A stretch of 64,000 nt of DNA from positions 62,001 to 126,000 of the forward strand of contig JAQGDQ010000066.1 in assembly GCA_030141605.1 (NCBI GenBank), written 5' to 3'. Numbering within the stretch: the stretch's first letter is position 1; every line of letters starts with the position of its first letter. A program made the translations under genes and the position numbers. Source of the DNA: Tubiluchus corallicola (Eukaryota; Animalia; Priapulida). The notes beneath the pieces were generated by a model that was not told the DNA's origin, searched no databases, and was given only the letters and a program-made list of their open reading frames with translations. Shown here in pieces: positions 12,501-24,900 of the stretch.

Positions 12501-15500
12501 TCAACCTGTGTTGGATGGCTGAGTAACCTAGATATACGACTCCGACCACGTAGTCTCGAGTTCGAGACTAGCAGCTGCCATCGTCATTTGTTATTTGTCA
12601 TTTGTGTGTTGCGTCCACCTGTGCAGGCCTAGTCTGGACAGTGTAGCCTATAAGCTGAAACTGAACAACTCGCCAGGCTACATAAAAATAATATATATGT
12701 TGGAAATATCATTAGCCTCATACTTGCAAGGTTAGCCAACAATTTTCTACAATAAGGGACAACAGAACTGCAAAGAAGTGTGAATTATTATAACTCATCA
12801 CCTTTACACTTAGCTAGATCTGCTGCTTCCTTGAGATGAAGACAGAGTCTAATCATTAATACAAAAGTGTAATCACTTCCACTTATCTACATTTAACTAA
12901 CTCTAATAGCATTCCAAGCGAACTTCTTACCAAAGCTTCGATAAAGTATATCAATAATATCATATTTATTAGCTTCACAAATGTATGGTCGCATCTGAGT
13001 GTCTTCAATGGAATGCCAACCCCATTTGCCATCAAGGAATTTATAGATGACTATATCACCATCATTCCTAAAAAAGTCAATAAAAGGAAGCAGTATGATA
13101 AGTAATAAGAGCTTATATATTAAAATTATAAAAGCAAATATGAACAAACTTCATCAAAGTAGCTAATATATCCAGGTTAGGCTTTTATACATTACAGCAA
13201 ATATATCACTTTGTACCTTCATATAATTTTTTTGAAAATATCAGCAGAGGGTAGACATCCAAACTGGTATGTGGAGGTAAGAAGCTACATCAACATAATC
13301 TGTGTCGCCTCTCCTCAGCAATTCTCATGTTAATAGCTACTTTAGCTTAAAATGTTCTAAGTTTAAAATATTTTTGTATAAAAAACATGCACATAAACTG
13401 TAAAGAACACAATTTCTCAAAACACATCTTTTTCGTTGCAGGACAAGTGTCAGCAATTTGGACAAAATTAAGAAATAGTATGGAAGAAATCTACTTTATT
13501 TAATACCACTCATAAAAATGATGTGAAAAAATTGACAGTACCATCATGCAGAGTTATATAGCCTGCATCCAATAATAATGGAGCAAAAGGTTTGTGCATA
13601 TTCATGCTACGTCATGAGATCCATGTCACCCCAGCTAAGATGGTTATAGTTTTGATCTGGAGGGTGGCCACTTGACCAACATTAAAAGGCCATATGACAA
13701 CATTGACATTCACTTTTTGAAGAATATACTTTTGTTCGAGTATATCAATTTTTGTTCCCAAGCACTGTTTCAATGAGAAAGTTCTTTGAGGTACTGATAT
13801 CAACAATCATGGACAATGATAATAATACTGCATTTCAAATAACAAAAAATGTCACCAAGCACAGCAAAATGACGAGTCTGAGAAAGTGAGTGTGAGAGGG
13901 TATGTGTGTGCGAGATGGAGAAGGGAGAGCCAGATTGACTGAATTAGTGAGTGAGTGAGCAAGTAAGAGGAGATAAACATACAAGCAAAGTGAGCAATGA
14001 TACCAGAATCACAATTTTGCTAGTTTATATATTGGAATTAATATATATATATATGTTGTAATTAACATTAGTTCAGTTCAAGACTTGCATTATTACAATC
14101 ATGATCAGCATAAAGAGAAGTCATGCGAATTGCAATCTACATAATTTACCTATCTATACCTACCGATTTTCTTGCAGCCAACCATTTTGAAAAGAAAATG
14201 GAATCTTCTGAAATCCATGCTCTTTTCCCCAAAGAAATGTTTTCCAAAGCCAAGCATCTCCATGAGGATACCGTAGTAACTCTCCTCCAGTATACCTATA
14301 GGAAAGGGAGCAAAGGAAACTTCATTATGAGCTTGTGTGCATGATTTAATGGTAGCAAAAGCTTGTCATAATATCAAAAGTGTTATAAATCGTCATTTTT
14401 TGTTTGTCATATACATGCAATATATTTAAATTCTAATACCTGGCTAGGCACCTGCCCTTCTTGTGTGCTAAGGCTTTGAAAATAAATGCCATAATCACTA
14501 TTACAAAGTGTCACTAAAACTAATGGACCATTTTTCTGATAAAACTTGTCAAAACCAGAATTAATCAGAAATATCACGTTTTAATGTGGGAAAGTTTTCA
14601 AAATTTACCGTTTTAAATCTTTTTTCCTTTTAATACAATTACATACATTTTTATACAATCACAATGAAAATATGATTTATGCAGTCTGCTTAAACTTTAT
14701 TTAAACCTCCACAAAAAAGACTGTCAAGCAAATTACAAAGGCACTAACATAAACCACAGAATAATTTTTACAAGTAAATATTAGAGGTGTGCATAACTAA
14801 TTGAGTATTCAAAGTTGCGAGTTTGAATAATAAAATACTATTCTGACCATAAAATTTACGGGGTAGACTCGTTTCATACCAAAGATTTTTCCCAGAACAG
14901 CTACTAAACACACTGGCAACTAAAAATGCAACCACAATTTTTCTGTTAAAAAATATTTCTGGGAAATACTTTTTCTGGGAAACAAGTTTTCTAGGAAAAA
15001 TATTTTCTGGCAAATTTCTTCCTGGAAAGTTGTTTTTTCTGGGAAATGTTTTTTCTGTGAAAAAAATTTTCTGAGAAACACTTTTTCTGGGAAACATACC
15101 TAAACCAAAATTGACATTGTATAAACCACAGCTCATTCCTAAATGCCAACAGCTCATTCATGAAAACAAAAATCTTAGGCATTGTTGAGCCCAGTCTGGG
15201 ACGATATACACGGTACATACTTAATCATTGTAATGACACTTAAAAAAATGTGTAGCTCGGCAATGGAATGTGGCTCAGCATACTATATACACATATGGAA
15301 AAATTAAACAATACAGTTGAATTTTTATCATCTTCCATGTGTGAACTACCAAGAGGAGCAAGAAAGAAAACACATTCACGATTAATTGAATATTTTTCTA
15401 TTCACGTTTGAATAAATAATAAATTATTCAAAATTAACCCACAACAAGTGGACATGTGAATTTCTACTTAGGTTGAGTGAGAATCGCAAACACAGTAATA

Positions 15501-16046
15501 AATTACGAAATACCATTCGCCATTCCACGGATCGTGATCATATAACCAGTTTACCACAAAATTGTGCTTCAATTTCGTTTGGACAGCCAACAAGTGTCCT
15601 CCACACCTCTCGCACTCCCATTGAGCTCTTTCAAATTCAAGTGGAAACCGTGAAAAGAGAAAGCAAGTGTGATCTTGAATGAATCCTACCCATCCCACTG
15701 GGCAATCTAGAATTTACACACATCAGTAATAAATGTTATAGTATAAGTTCTTATGCAAAAGCTTCATTTATTTTATTATCTAAAAAACTTAGAAAACTTC
15801 AAAGTTAATTATAATGTCTCATGTTCATAGACTTGCAATTCAAAAATCAATGGGCTATTGTGAACCCATCAGCTGATAGGTATTATGCAGCTTTTGACAT
15901 ATTCTCAAGAAGTACAAATGTCAATTAAATGCAAAACCGGAGATATTACCTCTCTCTTTGAAAAATTGGTCAAAATAGGTAATTGCCACCAATAGCTCGA
16001 AGAATCCCAAAAGAAAAGTAAGAAGAAAGCAAAGGTAGTGCATCAT
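3554..16046 (-). CDS. Cont: Contactin paralog B (C-type lectin + Ig domains), partial; 3' exons lie beyond the left edge
   Basis: Exons (minus): 16046-15950, 15706-15514, 14295-14164, 13067-12931, 11655-11443, 10714-10613, 10389-10297, 9688-9455, 6511-6406, 5269-5088, 3862-3554. All GT-AG, phase-compatible, no stops, about 599 aa. Signal peptide MMHYLCFLLTFLLGFFELLVA, CTL domain (DCPVGW...WYTGG...RPYICE), then Ig1-Ig4. Exon-for-exon correspondence with the complete copy at 21997-41929. Confidence 0.9.
5380..6110. repeat. Degenerate tandem repeat (about 135-bp period), probably a Helentron-associated non-autonomous element
   Basis: Recurring motif GCCATCTT(G/A)AATTCAAAATGGC at about 5465, 5600, 5731, 5877, with AAAGTTTCAT-like motifs between. 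The family assignment is an inference. Confidence 0.5.
7060..7618. mobile_element. hAT-like MITE remnant
   Basis: Multiple CGGATC/CGGAT subterminal motifs ending in ...TCCGTTCATCCCTG (reverse complement CAGGGATG, a hAT-type end). Left end not identified. Confidence 0.45.
8562..9003. mobile_element. PIF/Harbinger-like MITE remnant
   Basis: Imperfect terminal inverted repeats GAGACCATCCAC / GTGGATGGCATC, with duplicated internal CCACCTACCTAC/GTTATCA motifs near both ends. Confidence 0.45.
11712..11791 (+). pseudogene. tRNA-derived relic
   Basis: TCAGTTG..AAGCAC (A-box-like), GGGTTCACATCCC (B-box-like) and a T8 run. Does not fold as a complete tRNA. Confidence 0.35.
12107..12270. repeat. Cluster of TTATGTAAC(A) motifs in both orientations (MITE subterminal-like repeat)
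   Basis: About 7 copies of TATGTAACA/TTACATAAC. Confidence 0.55.
12505..12692 (+). mobile_element. tRNA-headed SINE (candidate)
   Basis: A box TGGCTGAGTAA (12516), B box GAGTTCGAGAC (12558), 3' hairpin TGTAGCCT...AGGCTACA (12642-12682), short A-rich tail. Confidence 0.5.
14930..15098. repeat. Minisatellite, about 16-bp unit (TTTTCTGGGAAA core)
   Basis: About 10 degenerate tandem copies; this explains the spurious ORFs 14768-15157 and 14991-15218. Confidence 0.85.
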
Positions 16047-17579
16047 TGCTGTAAAAATGCAAAAAATGTAAAACTTCGTCATAATGAAATTAAATGGCTA
16101 TTTCAACACTGCTAATCATTAACTCCATACAGATGTATACCAGAATAGGCAATACCAGCACTATCTTCTACTCACACCAAAATTTCTGACTCTATCGATT
16201 TATAAAATGCATCCATACATTAGAATGGATTACTTGCTACAATATACTGGATGAAATAGCAGGATTTCATTGTTTGTCAACATGTAGTAGTTTTTATAAA
16301 TTAGAAAGCAAAATTTTGTGCCTTGACGGTAGCAGGTTTCATAAAAAGAAATTTAGTCTACAAGCATAGACCCTAATTCAATAAAATGTGTATGACACAT
16401 AACAGTAACACAATAGTTATGGTAATAGATTTTACACAGTACAGACTAGTCAAAAATAATTCAACATCAATATATTAAAATACAGGCATGCACCTACATT
16501 GTGGTAGGAGCTGCATCGGAGCTGTGAAATGATTATTTATCTCATACTTTTGAAGGCTAGACTACTGAGATATAAAATCACCATGCTGAGTACCCGATAT
16601 AGGCAGCAATAGTGATGTGGGAGATCTTCACATTTGCTGGAAAAAGTCACGAACCGTTTAACGTGCATTGCCAGCGCGACAGTCAACTCGAAGAATGTTT
16701 ACAGCTTCTGTTTACTAATCTCAACGTCTAAAAAATTTTTCAGAAATTAATGGTTCACTGTTACGCAATACGCAATATAAGCCACTGCAGAAAAACCAAT
16801 TATATTATTATTTGAAGTGTCACAGTGAGTCACATACAAAGACTTATTAAATACTCCACTTGATTTAGAATTAGATGATGTGAATACTTGGTAGCAGATC
16901 GGGGAACATGGCATCAAATTATGATTGGTGCTATGTTGCATAACGGAAGCACCTAAGCCCTAAGGTGATGATGACCGACGAGTGGAAGTTCTTGTCCAAT
17001 AAAGGTTGCTACCTTTCTGAAATAACTGTATGTGTATCTCGAATCATTCTCACTTAGCAATTTTCCAATTACACTAGCCTCACTTGTCAATCCCATTACC
17101 CTAAAAAAAGGAAAATACACAAATGTCCATGTAGTTTCCTCAAAAGGGCTAACAAACACGCCAAATAGACTTTCAAAAGATAGTTCGACAAGAAGGTTTG
17201 CACTTTGTCACAGAACTGTGTCAAGAAACTAGTAACATATGATCCAGCCCTACTTGAATAGACGAAAAAGATGGCTAAAAATTTAACTTTGCTAAATTAA
17301 AATGAGTCATAAACATATCCATTCCAGCTTTATCCTATACTGCAAGTCATACAAGAACCTACGGCGGAACTTTGTTATAAAATGAATTGACTTCGCATAA
17401 ATACTGGCTCAAATATACAACGAAATTAATTAACTCGTTGCTCATTCTGCAAGCGAGGCTTCGTCATGTGCTTGGGCCTGCCTGCAAATAAGCAATAACC
17501 GAAATCAGTAAAATTGTCTTAAACTGATGACAACCGTCTGAAGAAATTTCTAGCACCTGGCGACCCAGTTATACGAGTC

Positions 17580-18690
17580 TTTGATTCCGGATCCGAACCG
17601 AGGTCCGATACTAGGACTGAGCATCAAACTTTCGAACCTAAAATTATAGATTCGAATAATTCAGTGCTTAAACCACATACATTGTTTTTCATTAAAACAT
17701 TTTAACGTTTACAATTAGCACGTTTTGGCTGCGATATCTGTGCATAATTTTTAACCATAGTAGTAGGGCAGAGCATCTGTACCAGCAAGCGAATTGGAAT
17801 CGAATTTGTGACTTTCGAATTCGAATGGAACCAAATTTCAGTATTTTGGATTCGAATCGAATTCAAACTCTGTCTGAAGGATTTTCGAACCACCAGTAAG
17901 CACTGGTCTTATTGTAACGCGGCTAGGGGTTCACGTACCAGAAAGATGTGCAGATGATGGTATTTTGCACCAATGGCTTGGGTTCATCTGACTGTTAAGC
18001 CTAAGGCACACTTCGGCACAAATTAGTTCTTGAAGTTAATAGCAGAAAAATTGACATTGGAGAAATGTTGACTTTGATAGACAATTTTGCAACATTGAAT
18101 TATTTATTTAATTGCTTTATCTCTTCCTGGGATAACAGAGCTTCTTAGCAACTCTTCTGTTAATTTGAATTCAAAATACTGAAATTCACTTCGATTCGAA
18201 TTCGAAAACCACAAATTCGGTTCAATGATGATTATTGATTTTTTTTGAAAACTGATACCGATTTCCTCAAAACTGATACCAATTAATCAATCATTGATTA
18301 TTGTTTAGATCAGCTATCAATGCAAATTATTAACACTTGTGTTCACAATTGGAAAATTGGACATCTTTAAAAACTGGAGATGTTTATCTGTCTTTATGTC
18401 TAAACGTTCTTGCTACTGAAGCTGGAACTCGAATTGCTTCTTATAATTATTACTACATTATCAAGTAATTACGTAACAAGAAACCTTCGTAGTTTGTGCT
18501 GAAATGTATACACATATCGGTGTTGTTCCGAACCCGAAAAATCTCATCCGAACAGACTTTTTTATTTTACTCGAAATTTATACCGAACCGATTCTGATTT
18601 TTTTATTTTCCTCGAACGGTTACTGGGCCGAGGCCGATCCCACATTTTTTTATGAATATCGGCAACCGGTCAATCCGAGCAACGCTGGTT
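17580..18690. mobile_element. Nested hAT-like MITE remnants rich in TTCGAA/CCGAA motifs
   Basis: Clusters of TTCGAATTCGAA (17790-17890, 18180-18225) and CCGAACCCGA/CCGATC (17585-17610, 18519-18680), the same style of subterminal repeat as the element at 47394-48299. Confidence 0.45.
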
Positions 18691-21600
18691 TTTCCTGTAA
18701 TCTTTCCTCACACTACATTCTGTCAACAACAATGTGAACAATCGAAGTTTACGAGCTGTGTATTTTGAATGTAGAACACTTATCCTTATATCCCATTCTG
18801 CCATTCTTCGCAGTCCTCAAAACGAGAAATGAACAGGAGTACTTGAATGCATCATTACTCAATTCCTTTTTTCCCTTCGTTATTTTTTTGATTTCCAATG
18901 AAGAGTGAAAGGAACTCTAAAAAATACATTAAAAAGAAATACTATGATTAAAATATTTAAAAAATACACTTAGAAGTACTTGTGATTACTTTTATGTATG
19001 ACAGGCTTGCACTGTGTATAAAATGAGTGCAACTGCGTATAAATATAAATAGACATAACCATATAGTCCAGTAACAGTAAGTATAAATATCTTGTTTTTT
19101 AGTCCTATAAGTATAAACACTTTTTTTACTTTGGTTGGATTATATCCTATATAATTATGTAGCTCATTATTTGCACCTATTTGGATATCATTCATATCAG
19201 GGACTACGGCAACGAAAATTTTCAGAGCAAATTTCTTCTGTTCCCCCTGTGAAATGTCCCCCATACACTCGTGGTTGGCAATAAGTATAAACTAATGATG
19301 AAGCAAAAATAACAGTTATGTTTTCTTCTATAAAATCATTCTTGTAAAAAGTCAATCAATGTCGCTCTTCTAAATTAATAAAAAGGTATTTTTGTTTGTT
19401 CTTCACTGTTCATGATGTCATGGAAACAGCCACAGGTAACAATAGTTAATTCTTAGGCCAAGAAATATTGTAGCGGTCCCCCTGCACAAAAACTACAGAG
19501 TTGTAACTGCGAAAGTATAATCTAATCGTGTTTGTGAATCCATTCATGTGTGAGGTGTGTGTATGAGGGTGCATGTACACGTGTATGATTTATTATGATA
19601 AAGCTACTAACAAACACATGCTCAGTAGTCTAATCCCAAAAACTATGTACTTTGAGAACAAAAATACTGTTAAGCAGCATCTTCACAAAAAAACTAAGAT
19701 ATTGTTTATTCAGATTTTAATAGCTAAAAAACTATGTACACAATCGACACACAGTGTGTGTTTAACAAAAGCTAGAAATATGAGACTTTTAGGAATGAGA
19801 TTCTGCAAAAAGTAATATAACATTACTCTAAAGCACAGACAACATAATATCAAAATGTGAATGAGATTCCACCGTGAGTAAAGAGTAGCATAAATGTAAC
19901 CCATGTAATAAATTGGTCACACAATGAAAATGAAATTATTAGAAACCATACTTTTTTTCATAAAACATTTTTAACAAAAGGCAGAGTTAAACTGGTCATG
20001 TAAAAATGCAAACCAAATTCCTTCATGTTTGTGAAATACACGAAACTGCTAATCTGCTAATTATGCTAGAAATATCAATTTGTAGAAAAGCCATACAATG
20101 TAGGAGCATCCGTTATTTTATTACCTGTGACAATTTTACTGACTATTAAAAGTAGTCGGGCACTATTGACTGTACAGAACTATACAGAGAATCACTTCGC
20201 TATTTGGAAGTATGTAAGTAAAACTTACATTCGCAAATAAAAACTGTGTAACATGATATTCTCCACAATGACACACAGCCATGGATTCTATGTAACAACT
20301 TTATACGTAAATAAATGTAGGCCTAACACACAACAAATGTTAACACAACACAGGCCATAAAGAGTATAGTGTAACTAGCTGCCATGGAGGAATGTAAAAT
20401 GACTACAGTATGCAACTGGAATGATCAATTTTAGTATCATATTCAACATTATTGTAAAAAGTAAAAGCACAGCAATACAGTTAATGGCTAAACAAGCCTT
20501 TCAAATTCATTTTGTGGATAAATCATAAATCAACTCTGACATCCTCTTGATATAAAGCACTCATCTGACTAAATCTCATCTCAACTACCTTCATAAGAAA
20601 TAGTAATAAATAAAATCAAGTAGAGATTAAATAAAAGCTCGAGAGACATTTTTTGTGAATTTACAGCCATCCTGTCCATAAAGAAGCATCTAGTTTAGAC
20701 CAAAGCTACAATAATAGTAATGTAGGTCAATGATATAGCTGAAAATTAAAATTAACAATTTAAATAAAACCCATAAAAATCTGTTAGCACGTGGCATTGT
20801 TGAAATATCTTCGTAATATGCATAATTATGTGCTGGATGGTGATAAAAAATCAATAATTATGCTCATTTAAATGCACTCATAACTTGGAACAGTTTTGAG
20901 GGAAACACCAAAGAGCCAAATTAGGTTTACTAGAAAGTAATGCCAAAAAACTACTTATAGTAGTTAAATGCCTAATGTTTACCTATTAACTCTGTGTAGA
21001 CATACTTTCCTAGACAATAAAACGGCATATTTCAAATTAACTTACAATGTTAAATATTATACTTAGGTTTAGTTAGAAAAAATGAAAACAATTTGATCCT
21101 AACACTGCGTCAAACGGTACTAGCATTAGCCAATATTTGATTTACCACTTTGTTATTTACATAACTTTATTTCATGCTGTCAATACTATATATTTGTTAT
21201 AGATATAAATTTGTAAATAAGACTTGCATACATAATTAAACCAAGGTAGAGACTCTTTTAACTAAAAATAAACCTTTATCCCAACCATAATAATTTGAAA
21301 AATATCTAGCCTAAGAAATGTGCTTAGTATGAGAAAGCACCCTTAAGAACATATATTATTAATGTAGCATGATTAAAAGCTAAAATTTCAAAAGTGTAAA
21401 GATGTTAAAACAAAATATAGAAAATAAAACGACATGTAAGTGTGCACAATGTATAGCAATTTAACTTTTTTCCTGATTGCTAGCCAGTATTTCTCTTAGC
21501 TAAAACATTAATTAGCTGCAAAACACAAAATTGACAGAATGAAGTCATGATTTTAAAAGTGCAGCGTGATACATACATATTACAACAAAGTGTAAAAATA

Positions 21601-21996
21601 TAAAAAATCTGAATCACCTCGTATACGGAATGTTGTATAAAATAAAAATCATAAGACAACCTTGCAAGAAATTGAATAAATTGCACATATTATGCTTTCG
21701 AAATTTCTTTACACTATGGCATACACCAGATACATGATTTCCAAGAACCACATTCAATGGTATACAAATTAAACACACTATGATAGAAAATACTACTTGC
21801 CACACTTAGTACACTATATACAAAACACTTATGTACTCCAGAACATATGACAATCATTAAAGAATGTACTTTATCTGGAAACTGTATAAGATTATTGCTA
21901 AATTGGACTGTTGAGATTCAGAACCACAATTTTTAAACTAATCTATTTATTCCACTTAGAATAGCAGAGCTGGCCACATTTTAAGGAGTGATTATA

Positions 21997-24900
21997 TTAC
22001 AGTTGGTTCCACCGAAGAAATGCAAAAAGTATGGCTATTACGATGAGTGAGATTGAACAAGTACAGTGATTTCCTGCTGCTAAATAGTAATTGAGATTGC
22101 CTAAAAATAAAAAAAAAGAATGCTAACACAGTTTAAACATACAAGAGAAGGATAAGCAGGAATTAAACAATTTTTATTGCATTTCACAAAAACATCAAAT
22201 TTGTCAAGTATTTAATAAAATTATACATGAGAGTATATATTTTCCAACTATATACAGCTAAACCTAACTTAATATCAAAAGTATAGCAAACAATTATAGA
22301 AAACAAAGTACATCTCAGGCAAAGAAAATAATTATAATGAAAGAGAGGTGTGGATCTCAGCAGCAAAGAGATGTAGCCACTCGCATAAATTATTATTATT
22401 AATTACAAACTGGTGGCTAATGGTAGTATGTCGAACCGAAAACATCAGACAAAATACTCACCCAGTTGGAAAAGTTCTGCAGCACTCTGCCGACCGTCTC
22501 CTCCGTTACTAAATCCAAGCACTCGCAGTCTATAGCCCACTCCACCTTCTAAGTCATGTATGATGTAACTGTTCGCTGGTCCAACAAAATAATCCAGGTA
22601 TTTTGTTGGATCAACTTCATGAGCTTTCAGTATACGGATCTAGGAGAAGTCAAGGATAAGTTTCTACGCCAATTTGATAACATTATACAGTAACTCCAAA
22701 AGTTTATTTGATTTAATTTTTTACTGAGTGGCTTTTGTAGGTTAGCAGAATGCATAACTATTTAAACCTATTGCTACACAATGCAGCCTTAAGGCCAACG
22801 TATTTGATTTCTAAATGTAAAAAGACAGACGATTGCTCTGCATAGAAACAATTTTTTGCATTATGCACTCCAATCTTTATATTTTACTAGATACGGTTAC
22901 AAATAGTGTTACAAATATAAGCGGCTGTATGCTAGGAGTGCTAATCATAATACTACTGTGACTGAACTTACCTTATAACCAATGAGTGCTTCCTCATCTG
23001 ATGCAGTAGTGATGCCATTCCATGTTATCCTTATGCTCCTTCCGTATTTCAGTGGTGCCACATGGACGTCGGTTGGAGCTTGTTGTGGAGCTGTGAAAGT
23101 AAGCAACCTTATAAAAACAATGCTCTTTACATGATTAAGAAACGACAAAAAAGAAAGAAAGCTATAACAACGTGTTATTTTCTGCATTACGTTTATTATT
23201 AACAGTTTACTCAGTAATGAAAAACTGTTACCAAAAATTAAATGGATACCTTTTTTGAAAGTGTAGGTCTCAACTGCTCGACTTTTTTCACCATTGCCAG
23301 CTGAATTGTATGCCATTACGCGAACATTATACCAAGTGTCTGGCTCAAGACCTATTACTATGGCTTCGCTATTTGCACCTGGACGAATAGCAATTATAGC
23401 GTCTCTTTCATCGACGCCCTTCTTCCAATATTCCACCTAAAACGTGTTCATGATGGGTAAAATAGGCGCAGCATGGATTAATCCACAGACGTAGAAGAAA
23501 TAACTAGTGTATTTGTTTTGCCATGTATTTATGTGGAAGTTTGCTGGAGCTAAGAGGAAGTCTAACCTAAGTCTGAGAGGGACATGATGGAGTTGTGCAA
23601 TTCAAAATATGTGTGCGCTTGTCTACACAGATGTGCAGCTTAGCCATTTGTCAAAAAATTAACTACAGATGTGCAGCTTAGCCATATGTCAAAAAATTAA
23701 CTATGTAAATTTTGTGTTTTTAACTTTATGAAGTAAGAGCTTTCGCCTTGTTCTTTTTTTCTGCTATGAAAACTAATTGTGTAAAACGGCAAACAAAGAT
23801 GCTTACTCTGACTCCATGTAAACGACCCCTCATCGTTTCTCTGGTATCAGAAAGAGGTGTCCAGTATACTTGGACGGCTGTGGAGTTGTAAGGTATACCC
23901 TGAACATCTATAGGTGTCACTACTGGTGCTATAGAATTAAGTACAAAACAGCATGATATTCACGTAACAAGAAATTAGCTTTAAGTTATATAACACTCAT
24001 TTGTCAATTAGCTGACTTGATATGTAGACGATAAAATGGGTGTTAATTGCTTAATAAATAAGATGAATGATTCATGAAGAGCGCATAACAGGCAAGTTTC
24101 ACATACGAACACGATTATTTCTGAATTTTTCTCCAGCAACATACACTTGCAAGCAATTCACACTTACTATTTTCTGCTGATAGTATAACAGACACATTAC
24201 TCTCTGGTCCATCGCCTTCGTCATTGAAAGCTTGAACTTTTACTTCATAAGGTAGATAGAAATTTTCTTCTCCAACTCTGAAAATTTAAAAAGAATTAAC
24301 AAAAATTTCATATTTTTTAGAGATTATTTTCTAGATCATAGCCTACAATTAAACTGTGTTTTTATTACTTTGAACACCTAATTTAAAACTATATTTAACA
24401 TAAACACAGTAACTCACATAAGACATCAGAAAACTAAAACTACAAACTAGAATAAAAATGACACAAGGTGAAAACTCTTAACCAAAAAGTAACAAGAGAA
24501 TGTAGTAAAATTGCAACAAACACCTGAACAGTTTAAGGATGCTTAATTATAAAGACTTCTTAGAAATAAAGATTACATATGTGATGCAATTATAATATAA
24601 TGCACAGAAAAGGAAAGAAGAGCGAAAAACTGATACTATTACAAACCTATGTGTATACTGGCCTCTCTGTTCCTTAAACTCTCGTTTTTCAAAGTCAGAC
24701 TGAGAGCCCAACTTGCGCCAAAATATCCGATAGCCGACACCCGGCGCATTCCATAAATCCTTTGTCAAAGGCTACAAAATGTAAATGTATGCAATTAGTG
24801 CTAAATTAGTGCTGGATAGAGAATATGACAGGGCACAAATGATTACAAGAATATCTCAGTTAAGGTTATTTCACCTCAATCTTCCCTTGTACAGCAAGTT

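Noticed and set aside
14930-15098. CRISPR-like array (also 45570-45775 and 5380-6110)
   Set aside because: Degenerate tandem units without unique spacers in a eukaryotic context; no cas genes.
23091-23249. Possible U12-type intron (donor GTATCCAT)
   Set aside because: Deviates from RTATCCTTT and there is no TCCTTAAC branch point near the acceptor.
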